Shown here: piece by piece, positions 62,033-64,000 of the stretch
Layout of the letters: every line of letters begins with the position of its first letter
How positions within the stretch are numbered: the first letter of the stretch is position 1
From: an uncultured bacterium
Lineage (GTDB): Bacteria; SAR324; NAC60-12
Direction: 5' to 3'
DNA: 64,000 nt
NCBI GenBank assembly: GCA_965662235.1
Contig: CBFIGY010000012.1
Location: 23,113-87,112, forward strand
Translations under genes and position numbers: made by a program
Notes under the pieces: model-generated
Databases searched by the model: none
What the model saw: the letters and a program-made list of their open reading frames with translations, nothing else
Told to the model about the DNA's origin: nothing

Positions 62033-63388
62033 ATGTCGACCCCTGTGCTTCACCGCCTCTCTCGTATGCTGCAGACCCCCACCGACGTCGCCAGCCTGGT
62101 TCTGCTGCGAGTGGCCTTTGGACTGATCATGACGTGGGAAGTGACCCGCTTCTTTCTCTACAACTGGATTGAAGACCTCTACATTCAGCAGCGGTTTCAC
62201 TTCAAGTATGAGTGGTTTCAGTGGGTGGGGGATTTGCCTGGAGACGGGATGTACTGGGTCTTTGCGGCCATTGGCGTTTCCAGTTTCCTGATCGCATTAG
62301 GGCTCTTTTATCGGTTGGCAACAGCGGTCTTCTTTTTCGCCTATACCTACGTTTTTTTGATTGATCGGGCGTACTACAACAACCACTTTTACCTGATTGC
62401 GCTCTTTGGATTTTTGCTGATGCTGGTGCCGCTCAACCGGGCCTGGTCACTGGATGTGGTGTGGCGTCGCCAGCCGGCAAGCGATGAGTTGCCTGCATTT
62501 TGGCTGTGGACCGTCCGGTTTCCCATGACCCTGGCCTATGTGTATGGCGCAATTGCGAAGATGGATCCGGAGTGGCTCAGTGGCCGAGCGACGCTGGCGC
62601 TGATTGGGAAGGGGCTGGAAGGAACGGCGTGGGAGCAGGTGATGCACCTGAGCTGGGTGCCCGTTTTCTACGCGTGGTCCGGAATGCTGTTTGACCTGCT
62701 GGTGCCCTTTGCCGTGCTCTGGAAGCCGACACGCCTGCCGGCGTTTTTGGCCGCGGTTCTCTTTCACACCCACAACTACTTCGTCTTTGACATTGGCATC
62801 TTCCCCATGCTCTCGCTGGCGCTGACGCTTCTTTACTTTCCTCCGGATTTTCCACGGCGGTTGATTCCGACAGGGCTCAAGCAGCGCCTCACGAGTTGGT
62901 ATCAGGAGCGGGCCACCCGTCAATCCGCGGCTCCGGCTCCGCAGTGGGTGGTGGCGGTGGTTGGGGTCTTTGTGGTCTTCCACCTGCTGTTTCCCTTCCG
63001 GCACTTCCTTTATCCCGGGTGGACGCTGTGGCACGAAGAAGGGCACCTGTTTGCGTGGCGGATGATGCTCCGGCAGAAGCAGATCGACGTCCGGTTTGAC
63101 CTGCAGCACCCGCAGACCAAGGAAGTCCGCTATGCGCCGCTGGAGGACTACCTGAACGCCTCGCAGATCCGGAGCTTTGCCGGGAACCCCAACATGGTGC
63201 TGCAGTTCGCTCACCACCTGTCTGACCTGGTGCAGGCCAACGCGGGATTTACGCCCATTGTGACGGCTCAGATTACGGTTTCGCTCAATGGGCATGTCCC
63301 GGTGCCCATGGTCAATCCACAGCTGAACCTCGCCTCCATTCCTCCCTTTGAACCGGCGTACCGCTGGGTGACACCGGTGCTGCCCTAA
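62033..63388 (+). CDS. HTTM-domain, vitamin K-dependent gamma-glutamyl carboxylase-like membrane protein
   Basis: YNNHFYL, GAIAKMDPEWLSG, FHTHN...IGIFP and FAWRMML motifs; multiple TM segments. Confidence 0.85.
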   Translation: MSTPVLHRLSRMLQTPTDVASLVLLRVAFGLIMTWEVTRFFLYNWIEDLYIQQRFHFKYEWFQWVGDLPGDGMYWVFAAIGVSSFLIALGLFYRLATAVFFFAYTYVFLIDRAYYNNHFYLIALFGFLLMLVPLNRAWSLDVVWRRQPASDELPAFWLWTVRFPMTLAYVYGAIAKMDPEWLSGRATLALIGKGLEGTAWEQVMHLSWVPVFYAWSGMLFDLLVPFAVLWKPTRLPAFLAAVLFHTHNYFVFDIGIFPMLSLALTLLYFPPDFPRRLIPTGLKQRLTSWYQERATRQSAAPAPQWVVAVVGVFVVFHLLFPFRHFLYPGWTLWHEEGHLFAWRMMLRQKQIDVRFDLQHPQTKEVRYAPLEDYLNASQIRSFAGNPNMVLQFAHHLSDLVQANAGFTPIVTAQITVSLNGHVPVPMVNPQLNLASIPPFEPAYRWVTPVLP

Positions 63389-63420
63389 ACGCCAACGCGT
63401 CCTTGCAGACGACGCACTTC

Positions 63421-63857
63421 TTTCCTGCTCCCTCGGTTCCGTTTTTCCTGCTCCTTCGGTTCCACTCTGGGGGGGGATGGGGCGCTTTCTGCTCCTTCGT
63501 CTTCTCCTTTGTTTTGGTTCGGAGCTGTCGTACTGCTTTCCCTCTGTGAGCTTCGTTAAGCGGACGTCCTGTTTTTTTCCTGAACGCTTTGTTGAGGCTC
63601 CCCCGGAGCAGAGTCAAAGGGAGAAGCGGGTTTTCTCTTCGTTTGGGCTGAGAAGGCCCGTTCTCATGCCTGGAGCGGAGTCGAGGGAGAATAGTTAAGC
63701 TAAGCGCGGAATCGAGGGGACGGTTAAGCTGAGCAGGGAAGTGAGCAAGACAACCCGGGTTCTTGCGTTCCTGAGCGGAGCCGCAGGGGGAAGTTGAAAG
63801 GAAGCTGAGAGAGGGGAGCTGCGTGCCGTACAGAGGGCTACAGGAGTCGAGGAGAGG
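63421..63857. repeat. Degenerate REP-like repeat mosaic (consensus ~CCTGAGCGGAGTCGAnGGGA, with inverted copies on the left)
   Basis: Copies at ~63603, 63669, 63700, 63770 and 63843; direct repeats at 63421-63440 and 63444-63463. Confidence 0.5.
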
Positions 63858-63876
63858 GTTTCAGGGGCCTGAAACG

Positions 63877-63913
63877 AAAAAAGCGGGGCGCCTCCGTCCG
63901 GAGGGCCCCGCTT
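63877..63913 (-). terminator. Intrinsic terminator of the minus-strand gene at the window end
   Basis: aagcggggc...gccccgctt stem with an A6 tract on the + strand. Confidence 0.75.
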
Positions 63914-63950
63914 AGCGACGTTGAGCGTGAGCTCGGTCTTACGGCTTCAA

Positions 63951-64000
63951 TTAGAAGCTGTAGGACATGTTCACTTCGATGTCGGTCATGGTGTAGCCGT
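63951..64000 (-). CDS. C-terminus of a probable outer-membrane beta-barrel protein (truncated by window)
   Basis: Reverse strand reads GYTMTDIEVNMSYSF*, with a YxF beta-signal, followed by a terminator. Confidence 0.55.
   Translation of the reverse strand, partial: GYTMTDIEVNMSYSF

Noticed and set aside
63312..63698. Short ORFs in the terminal intergenic region
   Set aside because: They are low-complexity translations of the repeat mosaic with atypical codon usage.
63421..63857. Possible CRISPR array
   Set aside because: The repeats are degenerate, irregularly spaced and in both orientations; there are no cas genes.

Overview
This is a gene-dense, GC-rich (about 60%, by eye) bacterial chromosomal window made mostly of core and metabolic genes. 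The gene content looks like a deltaproteobacterial-type lineage, possibly SAR324; that assignment is inference only. Core loci: tpiA-secG, Moco riboswitch-moaA, rpmH-rnpA-yidD-yidC, aroC, sthA, CIRCE-hrcA-grpE-dnaK-dnaJ, fdxA-yceD-rpmF-plsX, and tRNAs-rpmG-secE-nusG-rplKAJL (with no tuf, tRNA-Gly or rpoBC). Accessory loci: a TRAP transporter/CoA-ligase operon, a membrane pyrophosphatase, a BaeSR-like two-component system with two paralogous secreted proteins, a lipase-FadL pair, hypFCDEAB, and a vitamin K-dependent carboxylase-like HTTM protein. I saw no prophage, transposase or CRISPR array. The most unusual signals are: (1) strong over-representation of the palindrome TCCGGA; (2) a triple-XRE-HTH protein with acidic recognition helices next to an atypical GspE/PilB ATPase; (3) a pseudo-rhodanese-NfuA fusion; (4) a likely AUC start codon; (5) charged low-complexity tracts and 11-bp operator-like repeats in the two-component locus; (6) a degenerate REP/BIME-like intergenic repeat mosaic at the right end. 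All calls come from motif recognition by eye; no database searches were run.
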